The notes: generated by a model not told the origin, from the sequence alone. 32,000 nucleotides of DNA from Bacillus subtilis subsp. subtilis str. 168 (GCF_000009045.1 NC_000964.3:960001-992000), one strand, 5' to 3'. Positions 7,935-16,497 are shown, counted from the first letter of the stretch. Made by a program: numbers and translations.

Positions 7935-9095
7935 ATGAACGTTTATCAGCTCAAAGAAGAATTAATTGAATACGCGAAAAGCATTGGCGTAGACAAGATT
8001 GGTTTTACGACCGCTGATACTTTTGACAGTTTAAAAGACCGTTTGATTCTTCAAGAATCACTCGGCTATCTCTCCGGCTTTGAAGAGCCAGATATCGAAA
8101 AAAGGGTGACGCCGAAGCTTCTTTTGCCGAAAGCGAAATCAATAGTGGCAATTGCTCTCGCATATCCTTCCAGAATGAAGGATGCGCCGAGAAGCACGAG
8201 AACTGAGCGCAGGGGCATTTTTTGCAGAGCTTCCTGGGGAAAAGACTATCATGATGTGCTGAGGGAAAAGCTTGATCTGCTGGAGGATTTTCTAAAAAGC
8301 AAGCATGAGGATATCAGAACGAAGTCAATGGTTGATACAGGTGAATTGTCTGATCGCGCCGTTGCGGAACGTGCCGGAATCGGATTCAGTGCGAAAAACT
8401 GTATGATCACAACACCCGAGTATGGCTCTTATGTGTATTTGGCGGAAATGATCACAAATATCCCTTTTGAGCCTGATGTGCCGATTGAAGATATGTGCGG
8501 GTCCTGCACGAAATGCTTGGACGCCTGCCCAACGGGAGCACTGGTTAATCCCGGGCAGCTTAATGCGCAGCGCTGCATCTCTTTTCTGACCCAGACAAAA
8601 GGATTTTTGCCTGATGAATTCCGGACAAAAATCGGAAACCGCCTGTACGGGTGCGATACGTGCCAAACGGTATGCCCTCTCAATAAAGGGAAGGATTTTC
8701 ATCTTCATCCGGAAATGGAGCCTGATCCTGAGATTGCCAAACCGTTATTGAAGCCGCTTTTGGCCATCAGCAATCGGGAATTTAAGGAGAAATTCGGGCA
8801 TGTCTCAGGTTCTTGGCGCGGAAAAAAACCGATTCAGCGAAACGCCATTCTCGCGCTTGCCCATTTTAAGGATGCTTCCGCACTGCCTGAATTGACGGAA
8901 CTGATGCACAAGGATCCGCGTCCTGTCATCAGGGGGACAGCCGCATGGGCAATCGGAAAAATCGGAGACCCCGCCTACGCGGAAGAGCTTGAAAAAGCGC
9001 TGGAAAAAGAGAAGGATGAAGAGGCAAAGCTGGAAATTGAAAAAGGAATTGAGTTGCTAAAAGCTTCAGGCATGACTAAACAAGGCCTGTCCTGA
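7935..9095 (+). CDS. queG: Epoxyqueuosine reductase (tRNA queuosine biosynthesis)
   Basis: ATG at 7935 follows AAGGAGG, giving 386 aa. The ORF-track start at 7788 overlaps the divergent gene. Two 4Fe-4S motifs are present, CGSCTKCLDACP and CDTCQTVCP, plus a C-terminal HEAT-like RGTAAWAIGKIGD. Confidence 0.92.
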   Translation: MNVYQLKEELIEYAKSIGVDKIGFTTADTFDSLKDRLILQESLGYLSGFEEPDIEKRVTPKLLLPKAKSIVAIALAYPSRMKDAPRSTRTERRGIFCRASWGKDYHDVLREKLDLLEDFLKSKHEDIRTKSMVDTGELSDRAVAERAGIGFSAKNCMITTPEYGSYVYLAEMITNIPFEPDVPIEDMCGSCTKCLDACPTGALVNPGQLNAQRCISFLTQTKGFLPDEFRTKIGNRLYGCDTCQTVCPLNKGKDFHLHPEMEPDPEIAKPLLKPLLAISNREFKEKFGHVSGSWRGKKPIQRNAILALAHFKDASALPELTELMHKDPRPVIRGTAAWAIGKIGDPAYAEELEKALEKEKDEEAKLEIEKGIELLKASGMTKQGLS

Positions 9096-9115
9096 CATAC
9101 GTATAGAGCAGAAGG

Positions 9116-9148
9116 AAAAAACACTTGAGATCATCCAAGTGTTTTTTC
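9116..9148 (+). terminator. queG terminator
   Basis: AAAAAACACTTG and CAAGTGTTTTTT flank an 8-nt loop. Confidence 0.85.
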
Positions 9149-9161
9149 TCTATAAAAAAGT

Positions 9162-10097
9162 ATGGCGGGTGGGGTGAGCTTGAAGTACATTTTAGAACAA
9201 TTAGCGGAGGAGCGGCTGGGCTTTCTGGTTAACGGGCATGCTATGAGACAGGAGTCTCAAGTCGGAGACCTTAAAGTCATGGAGCGTAAGAAAAAGCTTC
9301 TGGAAAAACGTAAAGTTGACATCATAAAAGCGAAAGCAAAGGCCGTGATTAATCATGTGCGGGTTGAGGATGACGGAACGACCTGCCTTTCGTATACCAT
9401 CCATTACGAATACGTGTGTAAGGAACAAGATGACAGCTTGTATATAGAAGAGCACATAGAGGAGCGAATGGCTTTCCTGTATGATCACATTTTGATTAGT
9501 GATCAGGAAATTGCGAAAAAGCCGGCTGGATTTCATGAAGGGACCAGTATTATTGACTATTCTGAAGCTGAAGAGGAAAGAGAAGCGTTTGGCAGGGCTT
9601 TTCAATACGATCGTCTCGGCGCTGTCCAATATGCCGAGAAATTTTGGAACAAGCGCAATCCTGCTTATAAAAATTTCAGCGATAACTGTACAAATTTTAT
9701 TTCTCAGTGTCTTCATGCAGGAGGCGCGCCGATGCGCGGTCATCCGAACAGGGGATCAGGCTGGTGGATGAAACAAAGCTCATGGAGCTACAGCTGGACG
9801 GTGGCTCACTCTATGAAAATGTATTTGTCGAATTCAAAGGCCGGACTGCGTGCGGTGCGGGTGAAATCAGCGGAAGAACTGATGCCGGGCGATGTGATTT
9901 GCTATGACTTCGAAGGAGACGGCCGGTTTAATCATACAACGATTGTCGTGGCAAAGGACAAAGGCAATATGCCGCTTGTCAACGCCCAGACTTATGACAG
10001 CAGGATGAGGTATTGGTCATATGAGGATTCTACGGCATACACGCCGTCAATACGATATGCCTTTTTTCATATCGTTGATGATACGACAAAAGAGTAA
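9162..10097 (+). CDS. yhbB: Cytoplasmic protein with a C-terminal papain-like (Amidase_6 / NlpC-P60-like) domain
   Basis: The Cys motif is NCTNFISQCLHAGGAPM and the His motif is GDVICYDFEGDGRFNHTTIVV. No signal peptide is present. ATG at 9162 lacks an SD, so TTG at 9180, after GGTGGGGTGA, is an alternative start. Confidence 0.8.
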   Translation: MAGGVSLKYILEQLAEERLGFLVNGHAMRQESQVGDLKVMERKKKLLEKRKVDIIKAKAKAVINHVRVEDDGTTCLSYTIHYEYVCKEQDDSLYIEEHIEERMAFLYDHILISDQEIAKKPAGFHEGTSIIDYSEAEEEREAFGRAFQYDRLGAVQYAEKFWNKRNPAYKNFSDNCTNFISQCLHAGGAPMRGHPNRGSGWWMKQSSWSYSWTVAHSMKMYLSNSKAGLRAVRVKSAEELMPGDVICYDFEGDGRFNHTTIVVAKDKGNMPLVNAQTYDSRMRYWSYEDSTAYTPSIRYAFFHIVDDTTKE

Positions 10098-10101
10098 TTA
10101 A

Positions 10102-10110
10102 TGTTATAAT
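10102..10110 (+). promoter_or_regulatory. Extended -10 element (TGTTATAAT) upstream of cspR
   Basis: A perfect TGnTATAAT lies about 35 nt upstream of the start. No good -35 was found. Confidence 0.5.
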
Positions 10111-10143
10111 GATGGGCGGATAAGAAAAACAGAGGTGAACATT

Positions 10144-10617
10144 GTGGCATTACATGTCGTTTTATATCAACCAGAAATTCCCGCTAACACAGGGAATATT
10201 GCACGTACTTGTGCAGCAACCAATACAACGCTACACCTGATTCGTCCGCTCGGCTTTTCAACGGATGATAAAATGCTGAAGCGTGCCGGACTCGATTATT
10301 GGGAGTTTGTTAACGTTGTGTATCATGATTCGTTAGAAGAATTGTTTGAGGCATATAAAAAAGGCAAGTTTTTCTTTATTACAAAATTTGGCCAGCAGCC
10401 TCATACATCATTTGATTACACTGATCTTGACGAGGATTATTTCTTCGTGTTCGGAAGAGAAACAAGCGGTTTGCCAAAGGATTTAATTCAAAATAATATG
10501 GACCGCTGCCTGCGTCTTCCGATGACAGAGCATGTCAGATCGTTAAATCTGTCCAATACTGCCGCGATTCTTGTTTATGAAGCGCTGCGCCAGCAAAATT
10601 ACCGTGATTTAAAATAG
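10144..10617 (+). CDS. cspR: SPOUT-family tRNA (C/U34 2'-O)-methyltransferase TrmL
   Basis: The product begins (M)ALHVVLYQPEIPANTGNIARTC..., like the TrmL N-terminus. GTG at 10144 lies 6 nt after AGAGGTG. The ORF-track GTG at 10135 lies inside the SD. Confidence 0.88.
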   Translation: MALHVVLYQPEIPANTGNIARTCAATNTTLHLIRPLGFSTDDKMLKRAGLDYWEFVNVVYHDSLEELFEAYKKGKFFFITKFGQQPHTSFDYTDLDEDYFFVFGRETSGLPKDLIQNNMDRCLRLPMTEHVRSLNLSNTAAILVYEALRQQNYRDLK

Positions 10618-10620
10618 TGA

Positions 10621-10655
10621 AAAACCCGCTCATCGATGATGGGCGGGTTTTTTTG
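10621..10655 (+). terminator. cspR terminator
   Basis: AAAACCCGC and GCGGGTTTTTTT flank a 13-nt loop. Confidence 0.8.
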
Positions 10656-10688
10656 CGGATGTTGAAATGCTTTGTTTCGTTTTTGGGC

Positions 10689-10717
10689 TTAACAACGTAA
10701 CAGTGTTATGTTACAAT
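10689..10717 (+). promoter_or_regulatory. Putative yhbD promoter (TTAACA-17-TACAAT, TG at -15/-14) with palindrome TAACAGTGTTA in the spacer
   Basis: The -35 is at 10689-10694 and the -10 at 10712-10717. The 5-1-5 palindrome lies at 10698-10708. Confidence 0.5.
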
Positions 10718-10741
10718 GTACCCATCAAAGGAGCTGGACTT

Positions 10742-11383
10742 ATGGAAGAACAATTAATCTCTAAAAAAGAATTACTTGAAAGAACATCGATTTCATACGG
10801 TCAGCTGTATCGATGGAAGCGGAAAAACTTAATACCTGAGGAATGGTTTATTCGTAAATCCACATTTACAGGGCAAGAGACGTTTTTTCCGAGAGAGGAG
10901 ATTTTAAAACGTATATCAATGATTCAAAAGATGAAAGAAAATTTGTCTTTGGATGAAATGAGGGAAATGCTGTCGCCGAAAATGAAGGATGTCAGCATGA
11001 CCGCTGATGAATTGCTTCATAAAGGTTTGGTTTCAAGGCCTGCTCTTGAAGCCTATTCAGAAGACGGAGGAAGTCCGGTTTTTTCATCCAGCGATTTGCT
11101 TTCGCTGTTTGTGCTTGAGGGCCTGCTGCAGTCTGGAAATGTCAGCCTTGCAGAAGCAAAAATGGCTGCAGAGGTATTAAAGAAGCATGATACTGAAGAG
11201 ATTGAAAAACAGACGGAGCTGATTGTGCTCCGCAAGCTCGGTGTCACAACTTGTTTTATAGCGGCTGCGGCGGACAGCATTTTGTTTGAATCATCCGTAA
11301 AGGTTGTGGAACGGGTAGATTTATTAAAAGCTTCAGAGGAATTAAAAACAACATTTATGCAGGAGGGCCATCAATGGATGTAG
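10742..11383 (+). CDS. yhbD: MerR-like HTH protein (YhbD family)
   Basis: ATG at 10742 follows AAAGGAG, giving 213 aa. The N-terminus [29 protein letters not shown] resembles a MerR-type HTH. The stop overlaps the yhbE start by 10 nt. Confidence 0.85.
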
Positions 11384-12087
11384 TGGAAAAGCTGGTGATA
11401 AATGGATCAGGAAGTTCTAAGGGAGGAACATTTCAATCAGTTGAGATTAATGGCAGCGGGACAGTGGCCGGGGACGTGGAGTGTGACACTTTTTCTTTTA
11501 ATGGAAACGGAAAAGCGGACGGCAGCGTCAAAGCGAAAGCGGTAACTATCAGCGGTTCAGGAAAGATACATGGAGACGTTGAAGCAGAATCTATCCGGAT
11601 GAATGGCACTGGTTTTATTCAAGGAGAGGTATCTGCAAAACAATTGAAAATCGCTGGATCATCAACATTTGGCGGCACTGTCAAGGCTGATGGAATTGAC
11701 ATTAGCGGAAAAGCTGTCATGGAAGCAGATTGTGAAACAGAAACCTTTCAATCAGAAGGGAAATGCAAAATCAGCGGGCTTTTAAATGCAGACCAGGTGA
11801 TCATTAAGCTTTCTGCAGGGGAAAGCTATGCGCGGGAGATCGGCTGCCGCCATCTTCAAGTGACCTGCAGAAAAGGAATGCTGACATTGCTCAGATTGAT
11901 GCCGCAGCCTGTTCTAACAGCAGAGCTGATCGAAGGTGACGTGATTGAATTGACAAATACAAAGGCGAAAACCGTGCGCGGTAATAAAGTGATCATCGGC
12001 CCGGATTGCCAGATTGAAACCGTCGAATACAGCGGGGACTATACCTGTGATCCAAGCGCGTCGGTTGAAACATCCACAAAGTTGTAA
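11374..12087 (+). CDS. yhbE: Bactofilin-domain protein
   Basis: The product is 237 aa. It has a repetitive beta-helix pattern ([45 protein letters not shown]...) and is a paralogue of the next gene. Confidence 0.88.
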
Positions 12088-12098
12088 GGAGGATCGTA

Positions 12099-12806
12099 AT
12101 GGAGACAACAAAACTGGGAAATTTAAAATTATATGGCGCTGGGCATGCCGCAGGAGGCGCGTATCACAATGTCAGCATCAAAGGAGAAGGTATAGTTGGA
12201 GAAGGGCTGTCTGCTGTAGGCTGCCGCATATACGGAACGGGCCTTTTTCTCGGAAAAGCAGAGACTGAGCGGCTGCGTGTGCTCGGAGAAAGTGAATGTA
12301 AAGGCGATCTGACAGCCGGCAAAATCAATATATATGGGACAATGAAAGTCAGCGGCTCACTTCAATTTGATCGATTCAATCTGAAAGGCCAGACTGAAAT
12401 TGGCGGGAATATGACTGGAGAATCCTGCGATGTGAAAGGGAAGCTTAGCGTAATAGGTGATTGTGAAACAGAAATGTTCCATGTCACAGGCTGTGTTGAT
12501 GTATCGGGGTTATTAAATTCGGGTGAGATCAAGCTGGGATTGAGCCATGATATAAGCCATGTGCAGGAAATCGGCGGAACAACAATTACAGTGAAAAGAC
12601 GCGCGAGTTTTTTTAGCCGGAAGAAAGGGAAGCTGATCGCCGATGTCATAGAAGGAGATCGGGTTTATTTGGAGAATACCGAAGCGGCAGTTGTCAGGGG
12701 AAAAGAAGTGATCATCGGGCCGGGATGCAGCATCGGAACGATTGAGTACGAATACAAATGTGAATGCGATCCGCATTCACAGATTAAAGAAAAAACAAAA
12801 CTGTAA
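12099..12806 (+). CDS. yhbF: Bactofilin-domain protein
   Basis: The product is 235 aa, with GGAGG 7 nt upstream. It has the same repeat architecture and the same Cys-containing C-terminal extension as YhbE. Confidence 0.88.
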   Translation: METTKLGNLKLYGAGHAAGGAYHNVSIKGEGIVGEGLSAVGCRIYGTGLFLGKAETERLRVLGESECKGDLTAGKINIYGTMKVSGSLQFDRFNLKGQTEIGGNMTGESCDVKGKLSVIGDCETEMFHVTGCVDVSGLLNSGEIKLGLSHDISHVQEIGGTTITVKRRASFFSRKKGKLIADVIEGDRVYLENTEAAVVRGKEVIIGPGCSIGTIEYEYKCECDPHSQIKEKTKL

Positions 12807-12824
12807 AACATTGTTCTGTTATAC

Positions 12825-12857
12825 AAAAAGGGTGCTCTTTCAGGAGCACCCTTTTTT
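12825..12857. terminator. Bidirectional terminator (yhbF and the minus-strand 29-codon ORF)
   Basis: GGGTGCTC (12830-12837) pairs with GAGCACCC (12844-12851) across a 6-nt loop. An A-run precedes it and a T-run follows. Confidence 0.88.
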
Positions 12858-12945
12858 ATTCTTTTCCAGGCTTGCTTTCGTATCCTGCGGTAAAAATTGA
12901 TACTAAAAAAGTGACAATGACACCCATCATGATGATTGTTTTCAC
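12856..12945 (-). CDS. Candidate 29-aa single-TM small protein, MKTIIMMGVIVTFLVSIFTAGYESKPGKE
   Basis: I hand-translated the minus strand. The GTG start is the rc of 12943-12945, preceded by AGAGGGGGAGAG with 5-nt spacing. The TAA stop runs directly into the bidirectional terminator. It is too short for the ORF track. Confidence 0.55.
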   Translation of the reverse strand: MKTIIMMGVIVTFLVSIFTAGYESKPGKE

Positions 12946-13155
12946 CGTCTCTCCCCCTCTTCAATTTTTCCGTGCTGTCCGAGTCTGGATGATTCTGTAT
13001 TTTTCTTTATTATGAACGGTCGCAGTCTGCCTTGTCAACGATGTATGAGTATCTTTATTTTTAAGAAACCAAAGCATGTATCACGAGATGGCGGCATAGA
13101 TTGTATCAAAGTACCTTATTTGCATAGTGTATCAAACATGATAGAGGAGGTCCTT

Positions 13156-15051
13156 ATGGATATATTAAAGAAAATTGAAAAGTACAGAGAGGAAGAGCAG
13201 CGGCTGAAATGGGAAGGAACTTTCGCCGATTATTTGGAGATTATTAAAGAAAATCCGATGGTCGCGCAATCTGCTCATTCTCGAGTTTTTAATATGATAA
13301 AAGACAGCGGGATAGAGGAGATTGACGGACGCAAGAAGTACAGTTTTTTTGACCGCGAGCTGTTCGGGCTTGAAGAATCTCTGGAGCGTCTTGTGGAAGA
13401 GTATTTTCATCCGGCTGCCAAACGTCTAGATGTCAGAAAGCGGATTCTATTGCTGATGGGGCCTGTGAGCGGCGGTAAATCCACGCTGGTCACAATGCTT
13501 AAAAAAGGTCTCGAAGCGTACACGCTGACAGATAATGGCGCTGTATATGCGATTAAAGGCTGCCCGATGCACGAGGACCCTCTACATTTAATCCCCCATC
13601 ATTTACGCGATGACTTTTACAGAGAATACGGCATTAGAATAGAAGGAAGTCTTTCTCCTTTAAATGTCATGAGGCTGGAGGAAGAGTACGGAGGAAGAAT
13701 TGAGGATGTGAAGGTGGAGCGCATCTTCTTTTCAGAAGATAAGCGTACGGGAATTGGAACATTCAGTCCCTCTGATCCGAAATCTCAGGATATTGCCGAT
13801 TTGACGGGGAGTATTGATTTCTCAACAATCGCCGAGTACGGTTCAGAATCAGATCCGCGCGCTTATCGATTTGACGGAGAGCTGAATAAAGCGAACCGCG
13901 GGATGATGGAGTTTCAGGAGATGCTGAAATGTGATGAGAAATTTCTCTGGCATTTGCTTTCCTTGACACAGGAAGGGAATTTTAAAGCTGGGCGGTTTGC
14001 GTTAATTTCTGCTGATGAGCTGATCGTGGCTCACACGAATGAAACGGAGTATCGCTCATTTATTTCTAATAAGAAGAATGAAGCCCTGCACTCAAGAATC
14101 ATCGTGATGCCGGTTCCTTATAATTTAAAAGTGTCTGAGGAAGAGAGAATTTATGAAAAAATGATTGCAGAAAGCGATGTGGCGGATGTTCATATTGCCC
14201 CGCATACGTTGAAGGTCGCCGCGATGTTCTCAATCCTTACCCGGTTAAAAGAGCCGAAGCGGTCGGATATTGATCTGGTCAAGAAAATGAGACTGTATGA
14301 TGGGGAAAGTGTGGAAGGATATAACTCTGTCGACGTTGAGGATATGAAAAAAGAATATAATGATGAAGGCATGAGCGGAATTGATCCGCGGTACGTGATC
14401 AACCGGATTTCTTCAACGATTATCAGAAAAAATATGGAATCGATTAATTCTCTCGATGTCCTTCGCTCCTTAAAAGAAGGTCTTGATCAGCACCCATCAA
14501 TTTCAAGCGAGGACAGGGAGCGGTATTTGAATTTTATCTCTGCCGCCCGCAAGGAATATGACGATATTGCGAAAAAGGAAGTTCAAAAAGCGTTTGTTTA
14601 TTCATATGAAGAATCAGCAAAAACACTTATGGACAATTACCTCGATAACGTAGAGGCCTATTGCAATAAAAACAAGCTTCGTGATCCTTTGACAGGAGAG
14701 GAAATGAACCCTGACGAAAAGCTGATGAGATCCATCGAAGAGCAGATCGGCATTTCGGAAAACGCCAAAAAAGCGTTCCGCGAAGAAATTTTAATCCGCA
14801 TCTCGGCCTATGCGAGAAAAGGCAAGCGGTTTGATTACAATTCCCATGAAAGACTGCGTGAAGCTATTCAGAAAAAGCTGTTTGCTGATCTGAAGGATGT
14901 CGTTAAAATTACGACCTCAACAAAAACGCCGGATGAGCAGCAGCTGAAAAAGGTAAATGAAGTCGTGGCCCGTTTAATTGATGAGCACGGCTACAACTCG
15001 ACGAGCGCCAATGAGCTGCTGAAATATGTCGGCAGCCTGCTGAACCGATAA
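13156..15051 (+). CDS. prkA: PrkA (AAA+ P-loop protein, historically called a Ser protein kinase)
   Basis: ATG at 13156 follows AGAGGAGG, giving 631 aa. The ORF-track start at 13012 is an extension. The Walker A is LLLMGPVSGGKST, with a PrkA-type C-terminal domain. Confidence 0.93.
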   Translation: MDILKKIEKYREEEQRLKWEGTFADYLEIIKENPMVAQSAHSRVFNMIKDSGIEEIDGRKKYSFFDRELFGLEESLERLVEEYFHPAAKRLDVRKRILLLMGPVSGGKSTLVTMLKKGLEAYTLTDNGAVYAIKGCPMHEDPLHLIPHHLRDDFYREYGIRIEGSLSPLNVMRLEEEYGGRIEDVKVERIFFSEDKRTGIGTFSPSDPKSQDIADLTGSIDFSTIAEYGSESDPRAYRFDGELNKANRGMMEFQEMLKCDEKFLWHLLSLTQEGNFKAGRFALISADELIVAHTNETEYRSFISNKKNEALHSRIIVMPVPYNLKVSEEERIYEKMIAESDVADVHIAPHTLKVAAMFSILTRLKEPKRSDIDLVKKMRLYDGESVEGYNSVDVEDMKKEYNDEGMSGIDPRYVINRISSTIIRKNMESINSLDVLRSLKEGLDQHPSISSEDRERYLNFISAARKEYDDIAKKEVQKAFVYSYEESAKTLMDNYLDNVEAYCNKNKLRDPLTGEEMNPDEKLMRSIEEQIGISENAKKAFREEILIRISAYARKGKRFDYNSHERLREAIQKKLFADLKDVVKITTSTKTPDEQQLKKVNEVVARLIDEHGYNSTSANELLKYVGSLLNR

Positions 15052-15059
15052 GCAACGTG

Positions 15060-15087
15060 ACCCGTCCGAATAGGGCGGGTTATTTTG
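15060..15087 (+). terminator. prkA terminator
   Basis: ACCCGTCC and GGGCGGGT flank a 5-nt loop, followed by TATTTTGT. Confidence 0.7.
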
Positions 15088-15230
15088 TCCCATTTTCTAA
15101 ATAGTTTGTCAATTAAACGTGCATATGTGCATATGATGAATATAAATCTTTTCAAAAGACTTGTTTCATAATCTGGCACAAGCCGGAATACGTATGTATC
15201 ACGACCACAAATGGTTAAGGAGGGGAATTC

Positions 15231-16409
15231 ATGTCCCAAAATGACAGCGGCCATTTTTTGATTTCTGAGGAAAACTGGTCCCTCCATCGCAAAGGCTTCG
15301 ATGACCAGCAGCGCCACCAGAAAAAAGTGCAGGAAGCGATCAAAAACAATCTTCCGGACCTCGTAACTGAGGAAAGCATTATTATGTCTAATGGAAAAGA
15401 TGTAGTGAAGATCCCAATCCGTTCACTTGATGAGTATAAAATCCGTTATAACTATGATAAAAATAAACATGTAGGGCAAGGAGACGGCGAGAGCCAGGTT
15501 GGAGATGTTGTGGCCCGGGATGGATCAGACAAAAAACAAGGGCCTGGAAAAGGGCAGGGTGCCGGTGATCAGGCAGGCGAGGATTATTATGAAGCGGAAG
15601 TTTCATTAATGGATTTAGAAGAAGCGCTTTTTAAAGAATTAGAGCTTCCGAATCTCCAGCAAAAAGAGCGGGACAATATCATTCATACAGATATCGAGTT
15701 TAATGATATCCGTAAAACAGGGTTAACCGGTAATATTGATAAGAAAAGAACGATGATGTCAGCCTTTAAACGAAACGCAATGTCAGGAAAACCGTCGTTC
15801 TACCCAATTTATCCGGAGGACCTGAAATATAAGACGTGGAATGACATCACAAAGCCCGAATCAAAAGCCGTCGTTTTAGCCATGATGGATACAAGCGGCA
15901 GTATGGGGGTTTGGGAAAAATACATGGCCAGAAGCTTCTTTTTCTGGATGACCCGTTTTTTGCGGACAAAATACGAGACTGTGGAAATTGAATTTATTGC
16001 CCATCATACAGAAGCAAGAGTGGTCTCGGAGGAGGATTTTTTCTCAAAGGGAGAAAGCGGCGGAACAATTTGTTCTTCCGTATATCGGAAGTCGCTTGAG
16101 CTTATTGATGAAAAGTACAATCCCGCCCGCTATAACATTTACCCGTTTCATTTTTCTGACGGTGACAACCTGACATCTGATAACGCGCGCTGTGTGAAGC
16201 TGGTCAATGATATTATGAAGAAGGCCAATCTGTTTTGCTACGGCGAGGTCAATCAGTACAACAGGCATTCAACGTTAATGTCTGCATATAAAAATGTAAA
16301 AGATGAGAAATTTAAGTACTATATTTTAAAACAGAAATCTGATGTTTTTCAGGCTCTAAAGAACTTTTTCAGAAATGAAGAGTCTGGTGTAAGCCATCAA
16401 TTTTCGTAA
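15231..16409 (+). CDS. yhbH: YhbH/YeaH family (DUF444) protein with a vWA-like MIDAS motif
   Basis: The product is 392 aa, with AAGGAGGGG upstream. It has a Gly/Gln/Asp-rich linker ([11 protein letters not shown]...[15 protein letters not shown]) and the DxSxS motif MMDTSGSM. Confidence 0.9.
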
Positions 16410-16411
16410 TG

Positions 16412-16438
16412 AAAAGCCCATTTCAGGGCTTTTTTTTA
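16412..16438 (+). terminator. yhbH terminator
   Basis: AAAAGCCC and GGGCTTTTTTTT flank a 6-nt loop. Confidence 0.8.
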
Positions 16439-16497
16439 TTTAATAAAAGCAAGAAAACGCTTGCGAAAAAAATACGGGAGAAAAAGAAATTTTTCCT

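Noticed and set aside
9201-9743. 180-aa ORF antisense to yhbB
   Set aside because: It has no SD or promoter. Its composition, with Phe, Leu and Ile prominent by eye, is typical of the antisense strand of a Lys/Glu-rich gene. It is fully nested in a well-supported CDS.
12665-12964. 99-aa minus-strand ORF spanning the yhbF 3' end
   Set aside because: It reads straight through the bidirectional terminator and into yhbF antisense, and it has no SD at a proper distance. The 29-codon ORF in another frame explains the strong SD here much better.
13090-13150. Possible sigma-E-type promoter elements upstream of prkA (GTATCAA ... CATAGTGT), and similar ones upstream of yhbH, yhcN and yhcQ
   Set aside because: Matches to the remembered sporulation-sigma consensus sequences are only partial (about 5/7 and 5/8). 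The spacing is ambiguous, so I cannot support specific calls by eye.
16449-16468. Small hairpin GCAAG-N6-CTTGC between yhbH and yhbI, looking like a minus-strand terminator
   Set aside because: The stem is only 5 bp and no minus-strand gene exists to terminate. It is probably chance.
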